Positions 35,701-48,159 of a stretch of 64,000 nt of DNA are shown in pieces. Origin of the DNA: Antedon mediterranea (taxonomy: Eukaryota > Animalia > Echinodermata). The stretch spans positions 3,038,001-3,102,000 of the forward strand of contig NC_092680.1 in NCBI RefSeq assembly GCF_964355755.1, in the 5' to 3' direction. Under the pieces are notes generated by a model, which made no database searches, had not been told where the DNA came from, and saw only the letters and a list, made by a program, of their open reading frames with translations. The position numbers and the translations under genes were made by a program. How positions within the stretch are numbered: the stretch's first letter is position 1; each line of letters starts with the position of its first letter.

Positions 35701-38700
35701 TCAGAATCTTTTGGCGTGATTATCTTTGTTATTAACTCCAGTGAAGTCGAGGAAATTCAGAGCTTGTACGATTTACAACAAAATGGCTAAATATAGGCTC
35801 CTTACTCGATGTGTATTCAAAGCCCGTTTATAAGCAACTAGGATAAACGCATGAAAGAACAATATAATTGTTAGGATGCAATGATTTCTAGACTGAAAAC
35901 ATCCAGTTCCGTTTGTTTTCTGTGAAACAATGTACACTTATTATCGTCGTAATTCGTTATCGTCATAAACAGTCTTTTATATTTATTAAGCTCTGTCTAC
36001 ACTCAAACTTTATGTGAGAAAAAAACGATGATATTTCTACCACATTTGGTCGTATCACTACCATATTTGGGCATATCACTACCATATTTGGGCATATCAC
36101 ACTTTTGTCACATATACATTGAGAGTGTAGACAGAGCTTTAGAAACAATTCGTCACACTGGATATAAAATGTCCTAAAATGGCATAAAGGCTCTGTTATA
36201 ATTAAACAAAGTCGTGTATAGAACATTGCTTAAATAACATTATTATTGTTGTTATTATAATTATTCTAATTATTGTTGTTGTAATTATTTCATATCAACA
36301 GATCTGGCATTCCGATGACACTAATCAGCGATATCATATCTATAAATGTGTATGACGCAAATTTAGATGAAGTAACGGATGTGAACGTCAACATAGCATT
36401 GCCAACAGTAAGTTCTTTCTGTATTATTAATCAGGATAGATGTAGATGTAGATTTCAGGTCATTACAACATTTTAATGCATTCACATTTGGGACATCACT
36501 TCTTAACAGCTATATCAGAAAAAAAAAATATCTATACTTCTACTTTCCATTAGCCTATAGTACAAATAATATACTAGAACTTCCAAAAGCTAAGAAGACG
36601 TATTTTCCTAAAATATAAGTAAAGTTTGTGTTGGAAAATAATAAACATAGTTTGTTAATAGAAGGATAAACACGAATGAATGTTGGAATACATTTTTTTT
36701 CTTAAATCATTATATTAGAAGGGCATTTGCTTACGTTGCGTAGATTGCGTTACGTTGCGTCGCTAGTGGGAACCACGCTTAACTATTGGAGTTTATTTTC
36801 TGATGCAGGACTACTGTTTAGTTAATAGTAAACCTTTTTCTTGTAGTTTGCAAAAACAAGCCAACAAAATCTAAATGATACGTGCTCTTTCTTAGATACA
36901 ACATCAAACACCTCGTAAGTGTATATACATTTTCCTAACTAAAAGAGGGATAAAACACATTAATAAGTAACTAAACAGCTCATTTGTAATTGTTCTTTGT
37001 AAGATTTTGGTCAACAGAAGGCTGTTCAATTCAAACGGATAACAACCAAGCGACAAGTGTCACGTGTGTGTGCAAGCATTTGACTTCTTTTGCGATTCTC
37101 TTGCAAGTAGAGAGCAGTGGCAGTGAGGTAAACAAAGTTTATAGCGTAGCCTAAGCATGATCTGTTCTATACCTAATCATTTTCTATTGTTTCTCTGCCC
37201 CTTTTGACTAGAATATATTCTTCTTAGATTCATATGGGCTGTTTTTATTTTAACGGGTGGTTAATTAGACCAGTGCTTTTTAGAGTGCGGTTTTAAATTG
37301 GTTTAGATTTTGAGATTCTATCACATTTTTTGGCAAAGAGGTCCAACAATTTATAGTTCTTTATAATTATAGAGAACATATTCTGTCTTGCTTTTGATTT
37401 CACTTTTGTTTTAGGAGGTACAGATAATGAGCATACTAACTATGATTGGAATTTCAATTTCAACTAGTTTTAATCTTGATCATGATACAAATGCTACCGT
37501 AAGTTGTGTTTACAATAATATTTTTTCAATATTTACAAAAATGAGGTTGAACAAAGGTTGTAGAGCAAAATTAAAACGTAATCAGAAGAACATGTACCAA
37601 TTATGTATCAAAATACACATTGATGTTCGATTTTCTAGAATGTTTTTTTTAGTGTAAAACGGTACAATACATAAAGAGACAAAACGGACCTTAAATGCAA
37701 TATTATAAACATAATTATCGAATAATGTATCTATATGTTTGTTAATATGATTTCTTAGCCTGTGGGTTACACAGAAACTTAATATAAACGTGATTGTTTG
37801 TGATAAAATGTGAACAATACCATAAAATCATAATAGTCTATGTTAAGATGATATCTGACATATCAGGCAGAAGATTCGGGTTCGAATATCGGTTTCTCAC
37901 AAATTTACTCAACTAATATAAATTAATTAATTTCCATACGATTTAGAGTTTCCTTGTAAGATGAAATGTCAGTGGTCAAATGGTTAGGATATCCTATCGA
38001 GCAGAATGTTCCAAGTTTCGAATCTCGGTTGGGGACGGTTTTTCTCAATCTCAGATATAGTCATCTTTACCGTTTACAAATTGATTAATTAATGTTAAGT
38101 CGATTTACAATTTCGTTTATGCCTGTAGAATATATTGTATGTAATATTAATTATATTGCAATTGTATTTCTAGAGAATTGCGTAATAATGAACGTTTTGT
38201 TATTTTGCGGCATCTCGTGATTTCTCTTCTCTGCGTAAACACTTCGTTCACTTGTTTGTCACTGAATATCCAACATCTTGTAAGTAAATTATTGTGTATT
38301 TTATTAAAATGAATTAATGTAATACATGAATTACGTTCATCATGCTACGTCATCAATATGTGAGTGTAATCCTCTCTAGCATTTTCTATTTCCCCTTCAC
38401 TAAAGCGTGGTTACCACTAGTGGCGCAACGCAGCGACGTATCGACGCAAAGTGCTGTATTGCGTAATTATAAGTGGAAACCGACGACGCAATAGTGCTGC
38501 AAACATCGCATGTTTGTTTTCACGCAGGCGGGGAAAACGCAATGATTGGAAGGGCATTTTCTTACGTTGCAAAAGTTGCGTTACGTTGCGTCGCTAGTGG
38601 GAACCAAGCTTTAGTAATTACATGTTGTTTAGGTACTTTGTATTGCCATAGCTGCAAGCCTTCATTACAGTCTGCTCGTAGCCTTTCTGTGGATGATTCT

Positions 38701-41700
38701 CTGGTGTACAGAACTGTACTGCAAGATTAGACACCCGTTTGCAGATTACCAGAAACGTTTTAAATACTTTCGAGTGATTGGTTGGATGCTGCCTCTCGTA
38801 GGTGTAGCAACGGTAGTTGGTGTTACGAGAGAGGAATACGCATCATCCAGGTAAAAGTTATTTACTAAAGCCCTGTCTACACTAAACTAGTTTGATTTTT
38901 TAATGTGCCCAAATATGATATTGCTATTGCCAAATATCGTAGTGATATGACATCATCATGTCCATATATGGGCACATCACACTATCAAAGTTGTTTGATA
39001 GTGTAGACAAGGCTAAACATGGTGTACCAATAATCTTGTTTGTATATTGAGCAGAGCGTCGGTTCAATGTGCTCCTTTTTCCAAAAGATTCAAACTAGGC
39101 AGCAGAACTTTGTATTCGAGTATGAAACATTCAACAAATGTTGACTGAAACTTGCATGTGTTGGTATATTGACATGCAAGAGAAGGCCTAAATGGTTACA
39201 ACTTTTATCAAATTATTCACAAAGAAATTTAAATATTGTACATGTTTGGTTTTTCTCATTTCAGTTGCTGGTTGAATACAAGTAATCGTGTGATCTTCAC
39301 ATTCATTGTACCAGTTGTTACAACGATTCTGGTAAATTACATTACATACACTACTGATACACTACATAAGGAGTATACGAAGTTTTTCCTAATTTCTACT
39401 TTTTCACAGCCTATTTAAAATCGAAAAAAAAAAGTTTAGTTTTTAATACATTTTAACAAATGTATCTTAATGGTAGGCGGAAACAGAAGCTTTATCGTTA
39501 TATTTAGAATTGATTATTTTTCTTCGATGCTATACATAAAAATACAACTTTCAATATTAAGGAATTGAATTTTAAATGAATTAAACATTGTGGTAGATGT
39601 ATTGTATTTTTCAGACTGTATCAATTCAATTAATGGTTGTCTTCTGCGAAGTATATAAGAAATCAATATCAATGCCTACCAGCGAACACGATGAACATCT
39701 GAAGTTGAAGAAACTAAGGTAAGACAGGCTGATAAGCATTGTTAATAATATAAAGTATATATATACACCACGTATATTAGTTCTGAAAAGAACTGTTGAG
39801 TTTCTCGACGTTTCGATCAATATGTTTTGATCGTCTTCAGGAGTTAGAATGGAAAGCATTGTAATTGGTATCTTCACCAAATGTATAAAGTAACATCACA
39901 TCATCCTTCTCCTTATCCTTATTACCACCCATGCTGACTGGGTTATGTGTCTGAAGCGATGTTTTCAAGAAGTGGGCCTTCACTGAAGCCACGCCTATTT
40001 TTGCTAAAGCGTGGTTCCCACTAGCGACGCAACGAATTGACCAATCACAAGCGATGGCTTATTCGCTTGTGATTGCTAACTGTCTATAACTTCGCTTGTC
40101 ATTGGTTAAAACGCTTGCGTTGCGTTTACGTCCTTGCGTTACGTTCTAGTGGGAACCAAGCTTAAGCGACGACTACTGCAGTATATAACCATACTAACCA
40201 GATTTCTATTTAGTTCATTAAAAAAAATTATATTTTCTAGATCGATATCATACAGAGTGTTGTTGTTAGCTCCAGTGGTTGGATTGCCGTGGGTGACGGG
40301 CTTCTTCGTCATTCTTAATGATTCAATGTATACTCAATTTATCTTCATAGTTTCTGCTGCATTTCAGGGTTTGTGGATCTGGATCACACAGTTTTGCCTA
40401 AGCCGAGAGGTAGGCCTCTGTCATTATAAATTATATAGGCCTACAATACACTCATGAATCAAACAGTTTGCCAAAGCCAAGCATTAGTATATCATTATCC
40501 ATTCGATGGCAAGAGCGAATTCATTCAATCAATGTTTGAACAGTGAACATAAATTTAGTTCTCAAACCGCATAATCCTCAGGAATTATGGAATTGATATT
40601 AGTACTGATTAGACATAAGTATGTCTAATATAAAATATACAGTTTAAACCAATAACTCCAATTGCTTTCCAGTGGAAGTGCAAGTTGTCAAAAATCCGTA
40701 AAATTCGTGAAAATTATTAATACTAGATAGCACGCTCGCTTCGCTCGCGTACCATCTAGGGGTGCTCACAGATGGTTCTCGAATACAGTAGAATCCACGG
40801 ACGGGGACTTTTTTGGGACACTAAACAAAAACGGAAGTGTCCCCCTAATTGGGGTATTCAGAAATAGAGACAACAAAACCAATACTGGATTCCATAAAGG
40901 ACAATTAATTTATGTGGATTAAAGAAATTAGGGAGAAATGGAAATGTATGTACGGGAATTGGGCGGCAGCACGTGGTGGTGGTGATGGAACCGCAGTAAT
41001 AAAGTTGATTGTATTTATATATTATAAGAACCAAACTAAATAAATAGACCTAGACATTCTGCGAAATGGAAATCGGAAATTCATGCTCCTATTCAGTGAA
41101 AAATTAAACTGTAGTCTACCTAAATATTTAGGGCAAATCATCGGTTGTGGTGTTGAACTTCCTGTAAACATTTGTGTGAACCAAACTGGGTCGAATTTCT
41201 GTCATGAGTACTGATTTGTTGGCCTGTGATTTATGACGCCTAAGGGATCTATCTAGACTTATTTTTTAGAATAATGTACGTACCTGTCAGATACAATTGT
41301 CTTGTGTCGTATAATAAATAAGTACTGTAATAGTTACTGAAGTTACTATTACAATCTCGTCAATGAAAACACGAAAATGTATATGCGCTTACTTATGAAA
41401 ACGTATACAGTATTATACTCATTTATTGAAACAGTAGGTTTAAAAAAGTTTCGTTTGTCTGTAAAATGATGTAATCAAGCTGTTTACATGAGTCTTAATT
41501 TATAAGCACATAAACTTACAGAGAAAGTAGGGTATCATAAATTTGGCCTTAGCACTCGGGGGAGTGGAGATGAAGTCCGTGGGACTACTAAATATAAATT
41601 GTAATGAACCTCGAGGGACATAAATAGGAATATTTCATGTTTCATTATCAATGTATAATAAATGGAAACTGTTTACCGATTCAAATAATAGAAATTGGTT

Positions 41701-43787
41701 TTTAACATTTTCCGAACCTATTGCAAGTTTATTCTCAAAGGGCCCATATATTTACCTACCGTATGTGTTAAACCAAGGGCTCATAAATTTACCTACAGTA
41801 CTTGTGTTAAGCCAAACTCTGGCAGACTGAGAGATTGGGATGTTCCATTCATCGCAAATCAATACATTTGTATAATCGTATATTAAATCTATCAAAATAG
41901 TATTTTTTAAAGAAAATCGGCCTGTCTTCAACATTATGATGGTGTACTCTAGCAATCTATCAAAATAGTATTTTTTAAAGAAAATCGGCCTGTCTTCAAC
42001 ATTATGATGGTGTACTCTAGCTGTTCAACCGGTTTTCAGCTATTAAAAACAATTATCGTAGGAGGAGATAGGAAAATGCGAAGCCTCCTCGCTATGTAAC
42101 ATTAGGGTTGAGGGATGGGAAAGCGGATAGGTACAAAGAGGAACAATTTTTAAATATATTCTTTATCCACTGAGTAACGAAATATTTTGTTCATGTTTTA
42201 TAGGCCTATAAATAATATACCTCTAAATACAGTAGGCCTAAAACATTTGCGATTTAATACTTTGTTAAAACTGTCACTTCGATTGAAATATTAAAGTACA
42301 TGTCACGATACACCACTACGACGTTTATATTTTTGGTAATTATTAATTAATACAAACGTTGAGAAGGAACTGTCAGTATAAAGTTTATTTGTATATCTAA
42401 CAGTAGAGCCTATCCACAGTCTCAGTAATAAAGTTTATTTGTATATATTTTTATATTACATCTAACAGTACGAACATTCACAGTAAGAAATGTTCGATTC
42501 AAATGAAAAATAGTTAATAGGTATTTACAGTATTGTCAAAGTATTGCAAGTTTATTCTCAAAGGGCCCATTATATTTACCTACCGTATGTGTTAAACCAA
42601 GGGCTCATAAATTTACCTACAGTACTTGTGTTAAACCAAACTCTGGCAGACTGAGAGATTAGGATGTTCCATTCATCGCAAATCAATACATTTGTATAAT
42701 CGTATATTAAATCTATCAAAATAGTATTTTTTAAAGAAAATCGGCCTGTCTTCAACATTATGATGGTGTACTCTAGCTGTTCAACCGGTTTTCAGCTATT
42801 AAAAACAATTATCGTAGGAGGAGATAGAAAAATGCGAAGCCTCCTCGCATTTTTTTGGCGGGTATTTTTCAAGATGGACATCCATTAGACAGTGTATTCC
42901 ACGATCGGAAAACACCCCTATTTGGGGCAAATCGTTGAACCTAAATTCGTTTTAATCGTCAATAACTAATTATCTAACTCAATTTAATTAGTAAACAGGG
43001 TTACATCAGGCGGTTAAAATCAGTACCGAAAGTACGAACCATCTTTACATACCATCGAGTGAAAATTCTAGAAGTAAGGCGCGATTTACCGAATTTTGCC
43101 CTTACGTAAATTTATATATAGATACCAGGGAAGAGTGAACACACTCTATCCTGATATACCGTTATGTAAAAACATCAAAAAACAAATCAGTTTCAGATTT
43201 ATTTCACACATAAATATAACACAATACCTACATTTTTCTTTTTTTTAAATATAAATGATAATGATGTGTATGGAGATTGCATTAAGCCAATTTGGATTTA
43301 GGTCTGAACCTCGAAATGAATCAAATTTATAGTATATAAATGTACTTTGAATGTACGATAAGAAAAGAGATTGTTGTACATAGAGCTTCCTCTTTTTCTT
43401 TTGTCAATGAATTAAATTTATGTCATTTTGTTGACGCCCAATCGATTGTCTAGTTTGTTGTAAATAATCTTAGCTTTGATATATATTGTAGGTACGATAT
43501 GCTTTTAGGAAGCACTGTAAATGTTGTAACAACCAGATATCGTCGGGTAAAACTATAACCGTAACAAGTACGAGGGTAAGTGGTAATTAATATTAGGATA
43601 TGTTTTATAGTTAAGTTTCGTTTCCACTAGCGACGCAACGTAACGCAACATAGGAAGAAATGTTATTGAAACTGCTAACAAAAAATTACCTGTAAGCACG
43701 CTGATCGTCACGAAATATATTGTTTTTTAAAGTATATCTTTTATGTTTTTATTCTTCCAGACTGATCTTCAGCCTTCTTTTACCTGA
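32796..43787 (+). CDS. Adhesion GPCR: signal peptide, F5/8 type C (discoidin) domain, GAIN/GPS, secretin-like 7TM; apparent frameshift in TM1 exon (possible pseudogene, null allele or assembly error)
   Basis: Exons 32796-32883, 33247-33593 (LGMESGDI..VTGVITQG), 34272-34410 (FTGNTD..MRFEILGC), 34868-35011, 35373-35477, 35705-35765 (weak donor), 36302-36407, 36847-36914, 37004-37127 (WSTEGC..CVCKHL|TSFAILLQ), 37415-37498, 38174-38279, 38633-38850 (LHYSLLVAFLWM, IGWMLP), 39265-39331 (CWL), 39615-39718, 40241-40409 (GLPWVTGFF, FQGLWI), 43492-43575, 43761-43787. Confidence 0.85.
33640..33990 (+). mobile_element. L2/CR1-group LINE 3' fragment
   Basis: Translation KFDHVSPMLAHLHWLPVKERI, typical of the C-terminus of L2-clade ORF2; degenerate. 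Confidence 0.7.
35989..36138. mobile_element. MITE family 1 copy
   Basis: tta|agctctgtctacactcaaa...ttgagagtgtagacagagct|tta; TTA TSD. Confidence 0.8.
38404..38610. mobile_element. Harbinger-like MITE, family 3
   Basis: agcgtggttaccactagtggcgcaacg...cgttgcgtcgctagtgggaaccaagct; fragments also at ~36720-36780 and ~43615-43650. Confidence 0.75.
38869..39015. mobile_element. MITE family 1 copy (inverted)
   Basis: agccctgtctacactaaact...tttgatagtgtagacaaggct. Confidence 0.75.
39765..39850 (-). ncRNA. Minimal type I hammerhead ribozyme motif within a dispersed repeat (Penelope-like/retrozyme-type relic)
   Basis: Minus strand: CUC-CUGAAGA-C-GAUCAA-aacaua-UUGAUC-GAAAC-GUC-GAG. Degenerate copies at ~3972-4070, ~14000-14092 and ~34070-34162. 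Confidence 0.6.
40008..40162. mobile_element. Harbinger-like MITE, family 3
   Basis: taa|agcgtggttcccactag...ctagtgggaaccaagct|taa; TAA TSD. Confidence 0.78.
40723..43122 (-). mobile_element. Non-autonomous Helitron (~2.4 kb) in an aGPCR intron
   Basis: Minus strand begins A|TCTATATATAAA at 43122 and ends with hairpin TAGATGGTACGC-GAGCGAAGCGA-GCGTGCTATCTA and CTAG|T at 40723; no TSD. Internal ~300-bp duplication (41719-42088 vs 42543-42847). Confidence 0.75.
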
Positions 43788-44639
43788 AGTTATTTGACTG
43801 CATATGTACTGTGAATCCACCTACAAAATAACCATATTGGTTAAGGCCCGCATTTAGTTTAGATCAGCGAGAATAAGTGGATGAACGACATAATTAGAAT
43901 AACTAAATATTAGATGTGGTTGTTTAGAATTTACCAATGTATATTATTTAATATAAAATCGTTCCACCATATCACTGGTACCAGAGTCTCTATTTAAATA
44001 ATGTCTGTTTAATCATGTTAGAAATTGAGTAACAATTGTGCGAATTCTTACATATTTGAACATTTATTTATTTACTATCTCACATTATTAATACAGGTAT
44101 TACTTTTTTTGTTGAGCTGACTTCTCATATTCTTGCAGAGAAATTTAGAATACTTGTATCTCTATTGAACTATAGGCCTATAATCGTTACGTCATTAATA
44201 TGCATATTCATGAACATCATTTTGAAAATAACTAGCAACACCATCTTCATTTGCATGGTATGGAACAGATTTTTAACTGAATTTAGTGTTTTTTAATCAA
44301 ATACAATTGACCAAGGAAAAACAACTTTTATTGCTTTTTTGAAAACCTTATACTGCATAATTTGCATCGGACAAGTTCAATCTGTCTTCTTGTTGGGTGT
44401 CCTTTTTTAGGTAAAATCAGGGAAGAGTGAATTTCTCTCGTCGCTGATTTTGTGAACCAAAAAACTACAGGAGCAGGCTTTATATACTAATATAATATTA
44501 ATAGCTAGCTTTATAGACTACACACAAAAACATAAAACAATTTTCACATCACTCAATATTTTTTTTTCAAATAAACATTTAATTAAATCATTTCAAACTA
44601 TCCTCAATTCAAATGTTTAAACAAGTTGATAAATCATTG

Positions 44640-44878
44640 GTTGTTGGTATTAGGTATTCAAAAACACTGCAGATGAAGTGTAGGTACTGTTACTATGAAC
44701 AAAAAGATATTCATGATATCCCTACACTATTATGAATAAGTTGATCGCACATTGATTGTTGGCATTAGGTATTCATAAACACTGCAGGTGAAGTGTACTG
44801 TAGGTATTGTTACTAGATCATAGAGATATTCATAATATTTCCACACTATGATGAATAAGTTGATCGCACATTGATGTT
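44640..44878. repeat. ~118-bp tandem duplication in the probable COX5A 3'UTR
   Basis: ttgttgg.attaggtattca.aaacactgcag.tgaagtgta ... atgaataagttgatcgcacattgat occurs twice. Confidence 0.75.
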
Positions 44879-45516
44879 GTGTGGTTTTTGCCAGGATTCC
44901 TGCTGTTCAAATGATGGTACAATTGTATCCCATTTTCCTTATACAGAGTATTGTATCCATAAATATTCTATTGTTACATAGCAGCAAACTTTTAAATCAT
45001 TTTCTGTAAGCATCCATGTTTATTCATTATGGATTTAGTCTATTATTTCAATTTACCAAATTGTCAGGAGATTTGTCTAGCTTTCATACACTCACACACA
45101 CTAATTTCATCTGAAAAAAAAAAACAATAATTGTTTAATATTAGTCAACTGTGAATAACGTAATCTTTGTCAATTAGTATATTTTCATGGTTTTCTATTG
45201 AATTTTATCTACAAAAAAGATTGCAGAATCAGAATATTTACAGAGAAATTTATCAATTATTAATTGAGGCAAATTGTATCTTCTTGAATTATAAAGAATT
45301 TAAGCTATTAAGTGCACACAAGCATTTCTACTACCAGAACCATAAAGCAAGTGAGCCTCGAACCCTTGCTGATGTTATGGCTAATGGATTATGGTTCCAC
45401 TACTCGGCCACTCACCTACGTGAACATTTTTCCCATATTTTTGGTGATCAGTACAACAGAGTGAGTGGATGGTGCATCGTATAAGCACTAATTTTCTCTT
45501 TATACAACTTACTTGA

Positions 45517-46582
45517 TTAATATATTTTATCTTGTTGTGGTTGATCTAGGCCTAATTCCTCTGGAGTTTGAATGCCCAATTCATCAAGTGTCGGTCTTAC
45601 TTCTTGCAAAATATATGGGTAGATATTCTTATGACCTCTAGATTTGTCCTGCAAAATTAATTAATTATTAATTAATAGTATCAATTATTTGTAACAACTA
45701 ATTTGATTAATGTGATGTACTACTACACTACATTTTCAACCGGTACACACTACAGTATTTAGTAGTACTAGTAGAATTTTAAAAAAGACTTTTAGGAAAG
45801 AGAAAAAGAATTTATGATTTGGAAAGTGTATTTTTGTGAAAGTATTGCTGATTACTAACTTTGACAGCTTCTAGGATACGGATTGCCATAGCTGTATCAT
45901 TAAGTCTTCTGCAAGCTTTGAACGCTGCAATTAAAATCTTAGGCTCTGGGACAAGATCATGGCCATGAAGCTCATTTAAACCTCTTCGCAATTCCCAATC
46001 ATCAATCTCGGGCCGATTGAAATACGCCTCCCATCGTGCATCAAATTGCTCATCTGTTTCTTGTACTTTTGAAGAGAAAAGCCTGACTGATGCTACTGCA
46101 AAAGATAAAATGATTAAAATATAATTATTTATTCAGCAGTTTTCTGTATTTGTAGGCCTAATAGTAGGCCTAGGGTGGTACTGTAGGCTGTGGAATTATG
46201 AATGTTACATTGCGAAATTTAATTGTCACAAGTTCCTGGGGACACACTTTCAGCTCATCATCATAGCAGCCAGGCTAGCTACTACAGCACTATACTAAGC
46301 AGTCAATCCTTGCCCCCACCTCCACAACCCAATACTAGCTAGGCCTAGGCCTACACTCGGTCCCTACCAAGCTCCCGGCAAAATGATGTTCTTCGCCCTC
46401 TGTGAGTTTATTTAGTGCATGTTGTGTAGGCCTAGCTAGGCCTACTAGATTCTATAATGTGACCTCAATAATACATTAAAGAAGAGACCTAACCAGCACT
46501 TACCTGCAGGTCTATTCAAATATTGCGCTTGTAGTACAGATCTACATACAGGATTTAGCCGGAGAACAATCTGACGAAACAT
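45517..46582 (-). CDS. COX5A: Cytochrome c oxidase subunit 5A, mitochondrial precursor (148 aa)
   Basis: Exons 46504-46582 (presequence [14 protein letters not shown]), 45860-46095 ([44 protein letters not shown]), 45517-45648 ([24 protein letters not shown]). A likely 3'UTR intron lies at 45111-45512. Confidence 0.96.
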
Positions 46583-47049
46583 AATGCTTATTATTTGCTG
46601 CTTTACAGCGATATTAGTTAAAACGTTGGATTGAGTTCTTGCAACAAAAACCAAAATGGACGAACCGGCAACAATTCCCACAATTCCCAATGTTAAATAT
46701 GGAACGCCTCCTCTGCCTTCAGTGTACATTAAACATGCAGTTCACACCACCAATCGCCTCCCAATCGTACGTCATGCAGTACATACCAATGGTCATGCAG
46801 TACATATGGAACGCCTCCTCTGCCTTCAGTTCACATTTATCATGCAGTACTATTTAGGCCTATATTTGTTATTAAACTTTGTTTACAGATGGTGACCATA
46901 CAAGCAAATGCGGACAATAAAGGGTCCCTCAAATATGATTTTTTGATTTAGACAGTAAGCCCCAGGGCTGAGTCACAGAATTCAGCGCACACATGCAGCT
47001 GGCCAAACCCTGGCACCACTTTCCCTACACAAACAAACACATATAATGA

Positions 47050-47345
47050 AATGTAATGTTGTTTGAATTATATAGCGCTTATACAATCAAAAGATTGTCT
47101 ATAAGTGATGAGAGAAAAAACAGAAAGAAATTACAAAGAAGACAGGTTTTTAAGAGTGTTTTGAAAACTATAGGATGCATTTTTAATAGGATCAGGAAGA
47201 TTGTTCCACAGTTTAGGAGCTGCAACTGCAAAAGTTTGATATATGTCTTAAGGCGGCTGGGAGGAACAAAAAGTGCAGATGGATTAGTAATCGACCTAGG
47301 AGATCTTTTGCAAACTGAAGGTGTGAAAGGAAGATTGGAAATTTA
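47050..47345 (-). mobile_element. L2/CR1-group LINE 3' fragment
   Basis: Minus strand encodes FAVAAPKLWNNLPDPIKNAS, the typical ORF2 tail. Confidence 0.65.
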
Positions 47346-48159
47346 AGAAGTTTATTGATTTTCTTTCGTGATTGGTGGACAGTTTTTAAAATTATTTTAT
47401 TACCCTATTAATGCTGTTAAATGCATTTAATATTTAAAAATTGTGCACTCAAGATTTTACTCTTGATGACTATTTTGTTTATGTGTTTAGTTTCGAACCC
47501 AAACCAGTATATGACCCGGGAACATGTTCTATTAATGACTGTGTGTGTTCTCTGGTTCCAAATGGAACCCATGTTTTAGTATGAATTACCTATGAAAATG
47601 AAATAGATTTAATACTATTCCAACATATTATCAATAATAATAAATCATTCTGTAATTTCATTAAAGAAACAATACATTTATAATATTTGTTATTAATATC
47701 ATGTACTGTACGTTGCTAAATGTATTATATTATACAAAATTAAGATCATCATTAGTCTGGCTTCCATATTGGAAACACGCAAGCCTCGCTACCACGTCAA
47801 GGTTGATGATCACAGCGAGGACTTACCTGTGGTTGGTTCCATGTCAAAAACTGTATCTTCCTGTTTTTTCCTGCAATTCCACCATTCATGTATATCTGTT
47901 AGATGGGCTGGTCCGGATATAATCTTCTATGCCACCTACTATGAAGTATCATATCATGTTGAAACCTGCTTAAGAAAAACTATAGTCACCTTAAGGGAAA
48001 GCTTACAATACCAATGCCATCTTACACATTTCCAAAAAATAACCAATATAAAATGCATTAAAACCTAAACCTGTATATTCTTAGCAACACACACAACCTG
48101 CAGTGAAAATTTACAATACCAAGATATAATGCCACCTTACACATTATATAGAATACATT

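Noticed and set aside
45111-45512. COX5A 3'UTR intron as an NMD trigger
   Set aside because: The donor is only 4 nt after the stop codon, well inside the ~50-nt limit, so no NMD is expected.
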